A stretch of 34,979 bases of DNA from Octopus bimaculoides (GCF_001194135.2 NC_068982.1:15666302-15701280); one strand, 5' to 3'; shown: positions 1-10,099, numbered from the stretch's first letter. Notes: a model not told the origin generated them from the letters alone. A program made the numbers and translations.

Positions 1-39
1 ATGATCATCAATGTTCCATCTGTGATCATCTCATCTATT

Positions 40-385
40 TTTGTTCCCAAGTGCCGCCTGACTGGCTCCCGTGCCGGTGGCATGTAAAAAGCACCATTTA
101 AGTATCGTCAATGCCAGTGCTACCTAATTGGCTCCCATGATGGTGGCATGTAAAAAGCACCATTTGAGCGTAGTCGATGCCAGTGCTGCCTGACTGGCCC
201 CCATGCCGGTGGCACGTAAAAAGCACCCACTACACTCTTGGAGTGGTTGGCATTAGGAAGGGCATCCAGCTGTAGAAACCTTGCCAGAGCAGACTGGAGC
301 CTGGTGCAGCCTCCTGGCTTGCCAGTCCTCAGTCAAACCGTCCAACCCATGCCAGCACGGAAAGTGGACATTAAAGAATGATGAT
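40..385 (+). mobile_element. RTE-clade LINE 3' end (family B) with three tandem 66-bp UTR units
   Basis: Same body as the ORF-bearing copy at 20245-20640 (GGTTGGCATTAGGAAGGGCATCCAGCTGTAGAAAC...CCATGCCAGCA.GGAAA..GGAC.TTAAA) ending in a GATGAT tail; units start at 51, 117 and 183. Confidence 0.8.
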
Positions 386-469
386 TTTTTTCACCCTCTT
401 TCTGTTTATCAGACCTAGTGTATCTGGGACTGCAAGTATTAGATGTGCATTTATCATATATTTTGTTTT

Positions 470-710
470 TAGTTAGCCTGTGCTGGTGCCACATAAAAAA
501 GCACCCATGTCAGGCCATGTATAAAGCACATCCATGCTGGTGTCGCATAAAAAGCACCCAGTACACTCTGTAAAGTGTTTGGCACTAGGAAGTGCATCCA
601 GCTGTAGAAGCCTTGCCAAGACATACAAATGGAGTCTGGTGCAGGCCTTCTGCTTGCCAATCCTTGTCAAACCGTTCGACTCATGCTGTGATAGATGATG
701 GTGATTAGGG
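470..710 (+). mobile_element. RTE 3' end (family B), diverged copy
   Basis: AAAAAGCACCC..TACACTCTG...GGAAGTGCATCCAGCTGTAGAAG core followed by a GAT/GGT tail. Confidence 0.7.
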
Positions 711-789
711 TGATTGAAGGAGATTTAGCTCTAATTAAAAGGTCAGCTGCCTGCATAGATCTTGTCGATTCATAGACATTTGTAACGTG

Positions 790-1046
790 TGTGTGTGTGT
801 GTGTGTGAGCGGGTGAGTCTTTGTGTCTGCGTTTGTCTCCCACAACTGCTTGATAACTGGTGTTGGTGGGTTTACATCCCTGTTAACTTAATGGTTTGGC
901 AAAAGAGACTGATAGAATAAGTATCAAGCTTAAAAATAAAACAAAAAAATTACTAGGGTCAATTCGTTTGACAAAAAAAAAATTCTTCAAGGTGGGGCCC
1001 CAGCATGGCCATAGACTGAAACGAGTAAAAGATAAGTGATAAAAGA
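790..1046 (+). mobile_element. SINE family A, 3' half
   Basis: Matches the 3' half of the full copy at 21428-21826 (GCTTGA.AAC.G.TG.TGG..GATAGAATAAGTA..CCAGCATGGCC..GACTGAAAC.AGTAAAAGA). Confidence 0.8.
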
Positions 1047-1066
1047 TGTGTGTGCGAGTCTGTTCA

Positions 1067-1136
1067 TATGTATGTATGTATGTTTGCATGTATGCATGTA
1101 TGTATGTATGTATGTATGTATGCATGTATGTATGTA
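1067..1136. repeat. (ATGT)n tetranucleotide microsatellite
   Basis: Read directly. Confidence 0.95.
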
Positions 1137-1139
1137 AGT

Positions 1140-1710
1140 AATTATTTAGTTTTATTTCAAGATTTCTTGCTAATAGAGAAAGAGCTGGTTTCTAACCTAG
1201 ATCCAAGGCTCCTTCTTTGGAATTTCAACATCAACAAAAGGGTATTTTTGTTTGTGTGTATATATGTATGTATGTATGTTTTCTCATGCATATAGTTGCA
1301 TATCTAGACATGCACATATATACTTAAACAATAAACTTCTAGAAAGTTTTACAGATTTCTATAGTTCCAGTGATGGATTGGATCTGTAGTCTTCGAATTA
1401 GCTTTTTCCTTTCTGATTTTGATAAGCCTAATTTCTCAGGATTGGTATTTAGGCGGTGTGTTACATATCTCTGGGCCCCAATAATCACAGTTATAAACCT
1501 GAACTTGTACTCTAGATAGAGTAACCGCAGATTTCTCAATAGTTCAGCATAGGTGTTCTCTTTTTCACTGATCTTCAGTTTTATGTTAACTTCTGCTGGG
1601 CAGCTAATTTCCACAACTGTACACAGTTTCTCTTCTCAATCCCAAGTCATTATATCAGGTCTGTTGTGCTTAAATTTTATTGAGGTCTTCACTGGGACAT
1701 TCCATCAGTA
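1140..1710 (-). mobile_element. 5'-truncated R4/Dong-like non-LTR retrotransposon: RLE C-terminus plus 3' UTR
   Basis: Minus frame reads Y*WNVPVKTSIKFKHNRPDIMTWD*EEKLCTVVEISCPAEVNIKLKISEKENTYAELLRNLRLLY...IIGAQRYV...LQIQSITGTIEICKTF. It has RPD, EISCP, K..EK..Y and IIGALG-like motifs typical of RLE-type elements, with internal stops. Confidence 0.75.
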
Positions 1711-1724
1711 TGTATGTACGTATA

Positions 1725-2075
1725 TCTTTTACATGTTTCAGTCATTTGACTGCGGCCATGCTGGTGCACCAACTTTAGCCAAAGAAATTGACCCCAGAAC
1801 TTATTCTTTGTAAGCCTAGTACTTATTCTATCAGGGTCTTTTGCCGAACCACTAGGTTACGGGGATGTAAACACACCAGCATCAGTTATCAAGTGATGGT
1901 GGGAGAGACAAGCACAGACACACAGACATATACATATATATATGACGAGCTTCTTTTAGTTTCCATCTACCATCTTCACTCACAAGGCTTTGGGTGGCTT
2001 CAGGCTAAAGCAGAAGACACTTGCCCAAGGTGCCACGCAGTGGGACTGAACCCGGAACCATGTTGCTGGGAAGCA
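1725..2075 (-). mobile_element. SINE family A, near full length
   Basis: Reverse complement has the head (GGTTCAGTCCCACTGCGTGGCACCTTGGGCAAGTG), a TA/CA hinge and the tail. Confidence 0.85.
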
Positions 2076-2327
2076 AGTCTATGTACGTATGCAAGCGTGT
2101 GTGTGTGTGTGTGCACATGTGCATGCATGTGTGTGTACGTGTGTGTGCATGTACATGCTTGAGTGTTGGTTTGTTGGATTTATTTGCAAACCAGTAAAAT
2201 CGTGAATACCTGCATGTAAAAGATGACGATGTAAATGTTTGTAACAAGAGAGGTATCTGGCTGTGAAATACTGCCTCCATAAGTCTTGTTCAGTGCATGC
2301 CAGCATGGAAAAATGAGACATAAAAAT

Positions 2328-2432
2328 AATGATGATGATGATGACGATGATGATGATGATGACAATGATGTTGATGACGATTGCCGCTATCATCGATGAT
2401 GCCAGCGGTGGCAGCGATAATGACGACGACAG
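2328..2432. repeat. (GAT)n trinucleotide tract following a family F tail
   Basis: Read directly; preceded by CATGCCAGCATGGAAAAATGAGAC, which resembles the RTE tail. Confidence 0.9.
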
Positions 2433-2592
2433 TGAAAACATTGCAAACAAAAAAAAGGCATCAGTAAGACTTGAAGAAATCAGATTTTATAGAATTTTCT
2501 GCAATAAGCCATTGTTTACCATTTTCTCTTCATAAGAAACCTTTAATGATTATGATAACGAGCCAATATTTTCTTTTTCTTTTTCCTTCCAG

Positions 2593-2645
2593 ATATGACA
2601 GCATGGAACCTATACAGTATTAGAAATGGAATATAAATCATTCAA
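2593..2645 (+). other. Exon-like 53-nt cassette (non-coding, start-containing or stop-containing)
   Basis: TTTTCTTTTTCTTTTTCCTTCCAG acceptor and GTAAGT donor in unique sequence; all three frames contain a stop; ATG at 2626 opens MEYKSF up to the donor. Confidence 0.35.
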
Positions 2646-2689
2646 GTAAGTATTTATATATTTCAAATATATTTGTTGTATATTTTTAT

Positions 2690-3410
2690 TCTTTTATTCG
2701 TCTATTCTTTTATTCTTTTATTCGTCTATTCTTTTATTCCTCTATTCTTTTATTTGTTTCAATCATTAGACTGCTGCCATGCAGTGGGGGGGCACCACCT
2801 TGAAGAATTTTAGTTAAACAAGTCGATCCCAAAATGCCTGGTACTCATTCTATCGGCCTCTTTTGGCAAACTGCTATGTTACAGAGATATAAACACACCA
2901 ACACTGGTTGTCAAGCAGCAGTGGGGGAACAAGCACCCACACACACATACACACAAGCTGTATACAAATATATATGTGTGTGTGTGTATGTGTATATATT
3001 CTTTTATTCTTTTATTTGTTTCAGTCATTTGACTGTGGCCATGCTGGAGCACAACATTTAGTCAAACAATTTGACCCTAGTACTTATCCTTTTGAAGCCT
3101 GGTACTTAATCTATTGGTTCCTTTTGACAAACTGCTAAGTTACAGGGGCGTAAACACACCAACATTGGTTGTCAAGTGATGGTGATGAGACAAACATAGA
3201 CACACAAACACACCGCACACACACACGCACACACACACACACATATGCGTCGGGCTTCTTTCAGTTTCCATCTACCAAATCCACTCATAAGACTTTGGTC
3301 AGCTTGAGGCTATAGTAGAAGACACTTGCCTAAGGTGTTATGCAATGGGAGTGAACCCAGAACCATGTGGTTGGTAATCAAGCTTCCTACCACACAGCCA
3401 TGCTGCATCT
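2690..3410 (-). mobile_element. Two consecutive SINE family A copies (tail-only 2690-2990; full 3000-3410)
   Basis: Family A tail and head motifs; the first has an expanded (TTTTATTC)n 3' tail at 2684-2755. Confidence 0.85.
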
Positions 3411-3420
3411 ATATATATAT

Positions 3421-4077
3421 ATATTTTAAATACAACAAAGAATTAAGTAAAATTACTTAGTTATCATTAAGCTAGTGTTAGGAACATAAATTGTGACTAA
3501 GGTTTGGTGGAAGATTTTAATTCAGAACTTTTGAAAACAAGACATTTGTACTACAGAGCCAGAGGTGGTTTCAGCCCGGTTGGTATCAAAAGGGTTAAAT
3601 TCATCATGTGTTAACCCTTTTGTTACTATATTTCTGTTGAGGTGCTCTGTGTTTCTTTTAATTAATTTTAAATATAACAAAGAATTTAGTAAAATAACTT
3701 AGTTATCATTCAGCTAGTGTTAGGAACATAAATTGTGACTAAGGTTTGGTGGAAGATTTTAATTCAAAACTTTTGAAAACAAGACATTTGTATGACAGAG
3801 CCAGTGGTGGTTTCAGACAGGTTGGTATCAAAAGGGTGAAATTAATCATTTGTTAACCCTTTTGTTACTATATTTCTGGTGAGGCACTCTATGTTTCTTT
3901 CAATTAATTTTAAATATAACAAGGAATTTAGTAAAATAAATTAGTTATCATTAAGTTAGTGTTAGGAACATAAATTGTGACTAAGGTTTGGTGGAAGATT
4001 TTAATTCAAAACTTAAGAAAACATTTGTACTACAGAGCCAGAGGCGGTTTCAGTCAGGTTGGTATCAAAAGGGTTAA
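3421..4077 (+). mobile_element. Tandem trimer of a ~220-bp piggyBac-type MITE (first unit 5'-truncated)
   Basis: Units end at 3594, and span 3615-3836 and 3857-4073; TIRs CCCTTTTGTTAC..GGTATCAAAAGGG; TTAA flanks; 12-bp spacers. TTAA target plus CCC..GGG termini is the established piggyBac signature. Confidence 0.8.
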
Positions 4078-4389
4078 GATATTTCTTTGCTGTGGAGAAT
4101 AGGAAAGATATAATGATTCAGACAGAGCCTTTCATGAAATATAGAAAACTATTTCGTTGAGTATTATGAAACAAATGCAAAAAATAAACAGAAGTACCCC
4201 AACTCATGTTAAATGATTTAGAAAGTATAAACTTGCATCCCAGAGCTAAATAACTTTCATAACAGATACATCATACAAAACCAGAGCTGTTGAAGTTGAG
4301 GTTAATAATGACAAAAGAGAAAAAAAATATAATCTCTCCTCTTTATTATTCTTCTTTTACTTATTTCTAATGCAAAAAGAAAAAAAAGA

Positions 4390-4423
<34 letters not shown>

Positions 4424-4899
4424 CCCCCCCCACACTAAAAACCTGCTTTTCCATGCCTCATTCTCTTTTTAAGTATCTTGTACTTTCCTTGGGTGGTTTG
4501 CAAGTGGTGGGTAGATTGCCATATGATTAAACTGTAGTAGTAAACAAAAAAGGAAAAAAAAAGAAAAGAAAAAACATACACACACACACAAATGTATACA
4601 CATATACCCACATGTATGAATACATAAAAATCTTACAAAAGCATATTTTGGTTCTATGATATTTTTCTGGTTCAAGCTTCTGAGACTTGTTCAACTATTC
4701 ATCTGTCATAATCAGGACGGCTTTTTGGTACATTTTACTGAGGAAAGTCAAGAATACGGTCTATTTTTTTTCCTTTCTTTTATTTTATTTATATATATTT
4801 TTTGGTTTGTTTTCTTTTCAGAGGTGGTAATTAATAACAGAAGTTATATTATGTGTACTTCAAATTCTGCTTATTCTATAGTAATTTTTTCATTTCTGT

Positions 4900-4900
4900 A

Positions 4901-4940
<40 letters not shown>

Positions 4941-5315
4941 ATGCATGTGTGTATGCATGTAGGTATGTATGTATGTGTGTGTGTATGTCTGTGTAGGTAT
5001 GTGTATGTATGCATGTATGTATGTACATATGTGTGTATATACATATTTGTATATGCACACACACACATACATACTACATACATATGTATGTATGCATGTA
5101 GGTATGTATGTGTGTGTGTATGTCTGTGTAGGTATGNNNNNNNNNNTATGCATGTAGGTATGTATGTGTGTGTGTATGTCTGTGTAGGTATGTGTACATA
5201 TGTGTTTATATACATATTTGTATATGCACACACACATACATGCATGCACACATACATACCTACATGCATACATACATATGTATGTAGTATGTATGTGTGT
5301 GTGCACATTCACACA
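4900..5315. repeat. Compound (TG)n/(TATG)n/(CA)n microsatellite with internal N-gap
   Basis: Read directly; gap at 5137-5146. Confidence 0.95.
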
Positions 5316-5529
5316 TAATATATTATGTATGATCAAACAATAAGTATTAATATAATTTCCTATGCAAAACCATGTAAACTACAGTAACAGAATTAAATTC
5401 AATATAAGAAGACCTCACAGTGGGTGTAATATGTAAGTAAACATGTTCTTATCATAACTATATTGAGGCTTTCTGATATTAAAATTTCTTATCCCTACAC
5501 AGACCATACACACGTATATTTCTATATAC

Positions 5530-6725
5530 AATATGAGCTTAGATTCTATGACTAGCTCCACTGGATTCCCTGTAATCCTCCTAAATATACGTAGAGAAGC
5601 TGTTTGCAAAGCCACCCCAGATACTTTTTCATGGCTTTCTAGCAAACAGAAAATTTCCAAAAGGTGTAAGTTGAGCAGATGTTAAAAATTATAGGCCTAC
5701 CTCTTTGACTTCATGTATGGAATGAATTAGCAGAAGAAGATTTCTCATGTTTTAAGAAGAAAATGACCAAAATGACTAATACTCAGCATGGCTTTCACCC
5801 TGGAAGAAGCTGCCTTACGAAATTCCTGCAACACTACTACAGAGTGTTGTAACAGCTGTTTCGTCATGGCTATGCATGTTATATATGCTAACTTTGCAAA
5901 GGCCTTCAGTAAAGTTGATCAGGAGATAGTGAGCTTAAAATCTCATCATCTTAGTATAGTCAGAAAATTAAGAGTGGCTCAAATGACATTTTAACCATTT
6001 CGTTACCATATTTCTGTTGAGATGCTCTGTGTTTCTTTTCAGTTAATTTAAATATAACAAAGAATTTAGTAAAATAACTTAGTTGTCATTAAGCTAGTGT
6101 TAGGAACATAAATTGTGACTAAGGTTTGGTGGAAGATTTTAATTCAAAACTTATGAAAACAAGACATTTGTATTCAGAGCCAGAGCCGGTTTCAGCCGGG
6201 TTGGTATCAAAAGGGTTAAATTAATCATTTGTTAACCCTTTTGTTACCATATTTCTGTTGAGATGCTCTGTGTTTCTTTCAATTACTTTCAATATAACAA
6301 AGAATTTAGTAAAATAACTTAGTTATCATTAAGCTAGTGTTAGGAACATAAATTATGACTAAGGTTTGGTGGAAGATTTTAATTCAAAACTTATGAAAAC
6401 AAGACATTTGTACTCAGAGTCAGAGCCGGTTTCAGCCAGGTTGGTAATGAAAGGGTTAAGTAACAGAAATCAGGAAGTTACTGCTTATTGTTCTCTGTCA
6501 AGGGAAATGTAAGTTCTAAGACAAGTCCCACAGGGAGACGTCTTTGGGCTGTTGCTGTTTGTAGTGGCACTATCAGATGTGCTTTCAGTTATGCAAACAG
6601 ACATTCTTACTAGCTGTACTTGATGGTACAAATGTATCTCGGGCCAAAACGAAACCCTCTGATGCTGAAATCCTAAACTAAAACCTTTATGCAATTTAGA
6701 AGTAGATTGAAGGAAATGACTATCC
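5530..6725 (+). mobile_element. Degenerate CR1/L2-type LINE reverse transcriptase fragment, split by a MITE dimer
   Basis: Ordered RT motifs across frameshifts: GFPVILL (5563), KNYRPTSLTS (5684), QHGFHPGRSCLT (5784), VIYANFAKAFSKVD (~5878), EWLK then ILSNRNQEV across the insertion, VPQGDVFGLLLF (6525), decayed YADD-equivalent (~6612-6630). Confidence 0.85.
5995..6455 (+). mobile_element. Dimer of the piggyBac-type MITE
   Basis: Units 5995-6215 and 6236-6455; TTAA at 5991-5994 and 6456-6459; internal TTAA-ATTAATCATTTG-TTAA junction. Confidence 0.85.
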
Positions 6726-6859
6726 GAGATTCCAGATGAACCATTGTTACACACCGAATGATTGTTGGGGTGTACCAGTTGCATACGCAGTGCTACGGGA
6801 TGGCCACAACCTTCAGGCTGGAAGTGATATACATATATATATACACACACACATTCATA

Positions 6860-7050
6860 TATCATCATCATCATCATCATCATCATGTTTACCTTTTCCA
6901 TGCTTGCGTAGGTCAGATAGAATTCTTTTAGTCAGATTTCTTATGGCTTGACATGTTTGCATTGAAGTCTGAAAACGAACAAGATTGCTTGCATTGAAAT
7001 GGCACTCGTTTACAACTATAAAACAAGGTCAACACAAGTGCACACACACA
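6860..7050 (-). mobile_element. Family F element (RTE-like GAT tail, different body)
   Basis: Similar to 12035-12310 and 27300-27560. Confidence 0.6.
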
Positions 7051-7084
7051 AGCACATACTCACACATGCATGCACACACACACA

Positions 7085-7232
7085 CGTATGTGTGTAAGTG
7101 TTTGTGTGTGTATGTGTATACATATATAAATATATATATATCTACACACACATTCACATAAATACGTATATATATGTATGTATGCATATTTATATATACG
7201 TATGTATATGTATTATGTATATATATATGTAA

Positions 7233-7296
<64 letters not shown>

Positions 7297-7400
7297 GTTA
7301 ACACACACATATACAAATATGTACATATACATGTGTTTGCATATAAATGTTGTATGTATATATATACATGTGTGTGTGTGCATATATATATATGTATATA
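7085..7400. repeat. (TA)n/(TG)n microsatellite block
   Basis: Pure (TA)n at about 7224-7290. Confidence 0.95.
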
Positions 7401-7864
7401 TTGTTTTTATTATTTTCACTTTTGTCTCCACCATGTATCCCTAATGATTTAGTTGTTTTTCTTTCTTTGTTCAACTTGGTGCATACTTCTCTTTTCTTAT
7501 TTCTCGTACAGATATCTTTGTTTTTTATTGTTTTGTTTTTTTACTATTATCTAAAGTACATCTTATTACAAATTCTTTTTAAAACTTTCAGCTTTATTCA
7601 TGGATTTCTGTATTTTATTTTTACAGTTTTGGCCTATTTTGCTCATATATGTATATATTTTTGGAGGGGCTTTTTTTATATTTCTTGTTTGAATATTATG
7701 ATCATATTTTGTTTTTGGTGCTTCAAGAAATATTTATGGAATTCATGTTTGTTGATCTTACCAAAAGCAACAACAGAGATTATTTATTGATGTCAACATT
7801 AAGATCCAAAGTTCACAGGAAATAATTGAAACAGAAAGAAGAATATAGTTATTATGATACTCTG

Positions 7865-8610
7865 TAGCTCTTTTACTGGTTTCAGTCATTTGACTGTGGC
7901 CATGCTGGAGCACCACCTTTTGTCGAACAAATCGACCCCAAGACTTGTTCTTTATAAGCCTAGCACTTATATTATCGGTCTGTTTTGCCAAACCGCTAAA
8001 GTACAGGGATGTAAGCACACCAGCATTGGTTGTGAAGCAATGGTAGAGGGGCAGACACACATACACACACACACAAATATATATATATAACCACACAACT
8101 ATAATGGACCCCAATATCTGACTGGTACTTTATTACATAGACCCTGGGAAGATGAATGATGAAGCTGATCTTGGCAATATTTGAACTAGAAACAAAATTC
8201 TAAGTAGTTCTGTGGTAAGAAGTTTACTTCCCAACCACATGGTTCCGGGTTCAGTCCCACAGTGTAGCACCTTGGGCAAGTGTCTTCTACTATAGCCTCA
8301 AGTTGACCAAACTCTTGTGAATGGATTTGGTAGATAGAAACTGAAAGAAGCCTGTTTTATGTATATCAATGTGTGTGGTGTGTCTTTGGGTCCATGTTTG
8401 TTCCCCCACCACCACCACTTGACAACCAGTGCTGGTGTGTTTACATTCTTGTAACTTAGTACTTTGGCACCAAAGAGACCAACAGAATAAGCATCAGACA
8501 TTACTAAAAAGTAAGCACTGGGGTCAATTTGTTCAACTAAGATTCTTCAAGGCAGTGCCCCAGCATGGCCACAGTCTTCTAATGACTGAAATGAATAAGA
8601 TAAATGATAT
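7865..8610. mobile_element. SINE A tail (-) 7865-8090, SINE E fragment (-) ~8110-8190, SINE A full copy (+) 8200-8610
   Basis: Motif matches to the reference copies in this window. Confidence 0.8.
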
Positions 8611-8765
8611 AAACTGCATGACATTTTGTCTGGCATTTACCATCTCATATCATAATTTACCATCTTACATCCAAATAGTTATTTTCTCTTTCTACTTAAA
8701 ACTGAATATTTCAACAAGCAATGTAGCTAATTCCAAAATTTCTACAAGAGTTACAAGACTGAAAA

Positions 8766-9130
8766 GTAATGTATGTTGCCATTTCAACATGGCTGTTCCA
8801 TATGGAGTCATGCTACTACCATTTTTTAAATCCCAGGAGGGCATCTCCTCTAGCTGGTTAACAACATAGCAAGTGTCTGATATACTGTGAGCAGAGGAGT
8901 GAATGGGGACAGGACCTGTATACTAGTCTAGTTTCAGGGAATGCCCTGAAACCAGACTGGTATACTGGTCTTGTCACCGCTAGATGGTAGAGGTTTGCTT
9001 CCCTGCTTGCAATATATCGGACATGGCTGGAGTTAACCAGCTGGAGGAGATGTCCTCCTGGGGTCTAAAAAAAATGGTAGTGACATAGTTTCGTACAGAA
9101 CAGCCATGTCGAGGTGGCAACAACCATTAC
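8766..9130. mobile_element. 365-bp foldback (palindromic) MITE-like element
   Basis: Arms centred on GTTTCAGGG-AATG-CCCTGAAAC (loop 8940-8943); e.g. CCCAGGAGGGCATCTCCTCTAGCTGGTTAAC pairs with GTTAACCAGCTGGAGGAGATGTCCTCCTGGG; TA at 8767-8768 and 9128-9129 could be a TSD. Confidence 0.8.
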
Positions 9131-9152
9131 ATAATATTTCCTCTTGCGTATA

Positions 9153-9385
9153 AGGTGGTGAACTAGAAGAAGCATTAGCAATGTTGGCCAAAGTGCTTAG
9201 TGGCATGTTATCTGTCTCTACATTCAGAGTTCAAATTCCACCAAGGTTGACTTTGCCTTTCATCCTTTCGGGGTCAATGAAAAAAATGTACCAGTTGAGC
9301 ACTGGGGTTGATGTAAAATGTAACTGACTTTGCCCCTCCCCCCAAAAAAAATTGCAGGCCTTGTGCCAAAATTTGAAACCAATAT
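9153..9385 (+). mobile_element. SINE family E
   Basis: GAGTTCAAATTCC B-box-like motif and CTTTGCCTTTCATCCTTTCGGGGTC central domain; homologous to 34415-34637; decayed ~18-bp direct repeat flanks (AATATT.C.TCTT.C.TA). Confidence 0.75.
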
Positions 9386-10099
9386 TCCATCTTACATAAT
9401 TTCAATGTGACTTCATCCTCGCTCTTCTCTTTTTGATATAATACACTCTATTTCATAGAACTTGCTGTTTGTACCCCACTCTCTACTCAAGCCAACTAAC
9501 AACAATTGTGTACCCTCAAATTCCTCTTATCACCTATGTTCTGTCAGATATAACACAAGGTCTTTCATCCCTATAAAATTATTTCCATTTGCTTATGTTC
9601 AACAATGCTACAAAAAACCTCCAATTTTCAACATTGCAGCATAATGAAACCAAAGTTAGTCACCCATTCCATATCTCTGATCAACGAAGGCCCGTATAGC
9701 AGTTAGCGCCTGGCCTTCTCAGAAGATATAACAAAGCCAAACCTTGCAAATTTTTCTATACATCAACCAGTTTAGCTGCTAAGTAGATATCCTGTTTATG
9801 GATGATTGGGTCTCGTTTCAAAGAGTTATCTATTTAGCTGTAAGATTAAAATGCAACAGGCCATTAGGGGACTCATCTATTATGGTTGTGCAGCTTGTTA
9901 GAAAGAGCAACTAAATCTTCCTCAAATCATACTTTACATTTTTTTCTGTTTTGAAAAAATGTCGCATTGGATAATGTAAGCCTTCATACACTACACTTAA
10001 AAAGAAATGAGATACACATAGACAAAGTGCCTTTGATCATGGTCTCCAGCAGGACTGACCTGGGGCTAAACATCATCATCATCATCATCATCATCTTCT

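Noticed and set aside
51-228. Known self-cleaving ribozyme (hammerhead, HDV, pistol, twister) in the RTE UTR module
   Set aside because: The required catalytic consensus cores could not be matched; only a generic hairpin is supported.
2079-2535. Poly-Ile/Ser/Met/Asp ORFs, also at 27031-27318 and 33585-33972
   Set aside because: Derived from (GAT)n tails and trinucleotide repeats.
2593-2645. Selenocysteine read-through of the in-frame TGA (I*QHGTYTVLEMEYKSF)
   Set aside because: No SECIS or selenoprotein motif is visible; a single TGA is not evidence.
3421-4077. Repeat-spacer array superficially like CRISPR
   Set aside because: Repeats are ~220 bp with TIRs, spacers are the same 12-mer, there are no cas genes and the context is eukaryotic.
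4637-4737. Minus-strand exon candidate with good acceptor and GTAAGA donor
   Set aside because: Stops in all frames and no phase-compatible partner found.
4871-5336. Long ORFs rich in YI, CV, HT or LS dipeptides here and at 7029-7790, 12884-13420, 14014-14958, 23463-24181 and 26452-26838
   Set aside because: They are translations of (TA)n, (TG)n and (TCTG)n microsatellites or N-gaps, which lack stops by composition.
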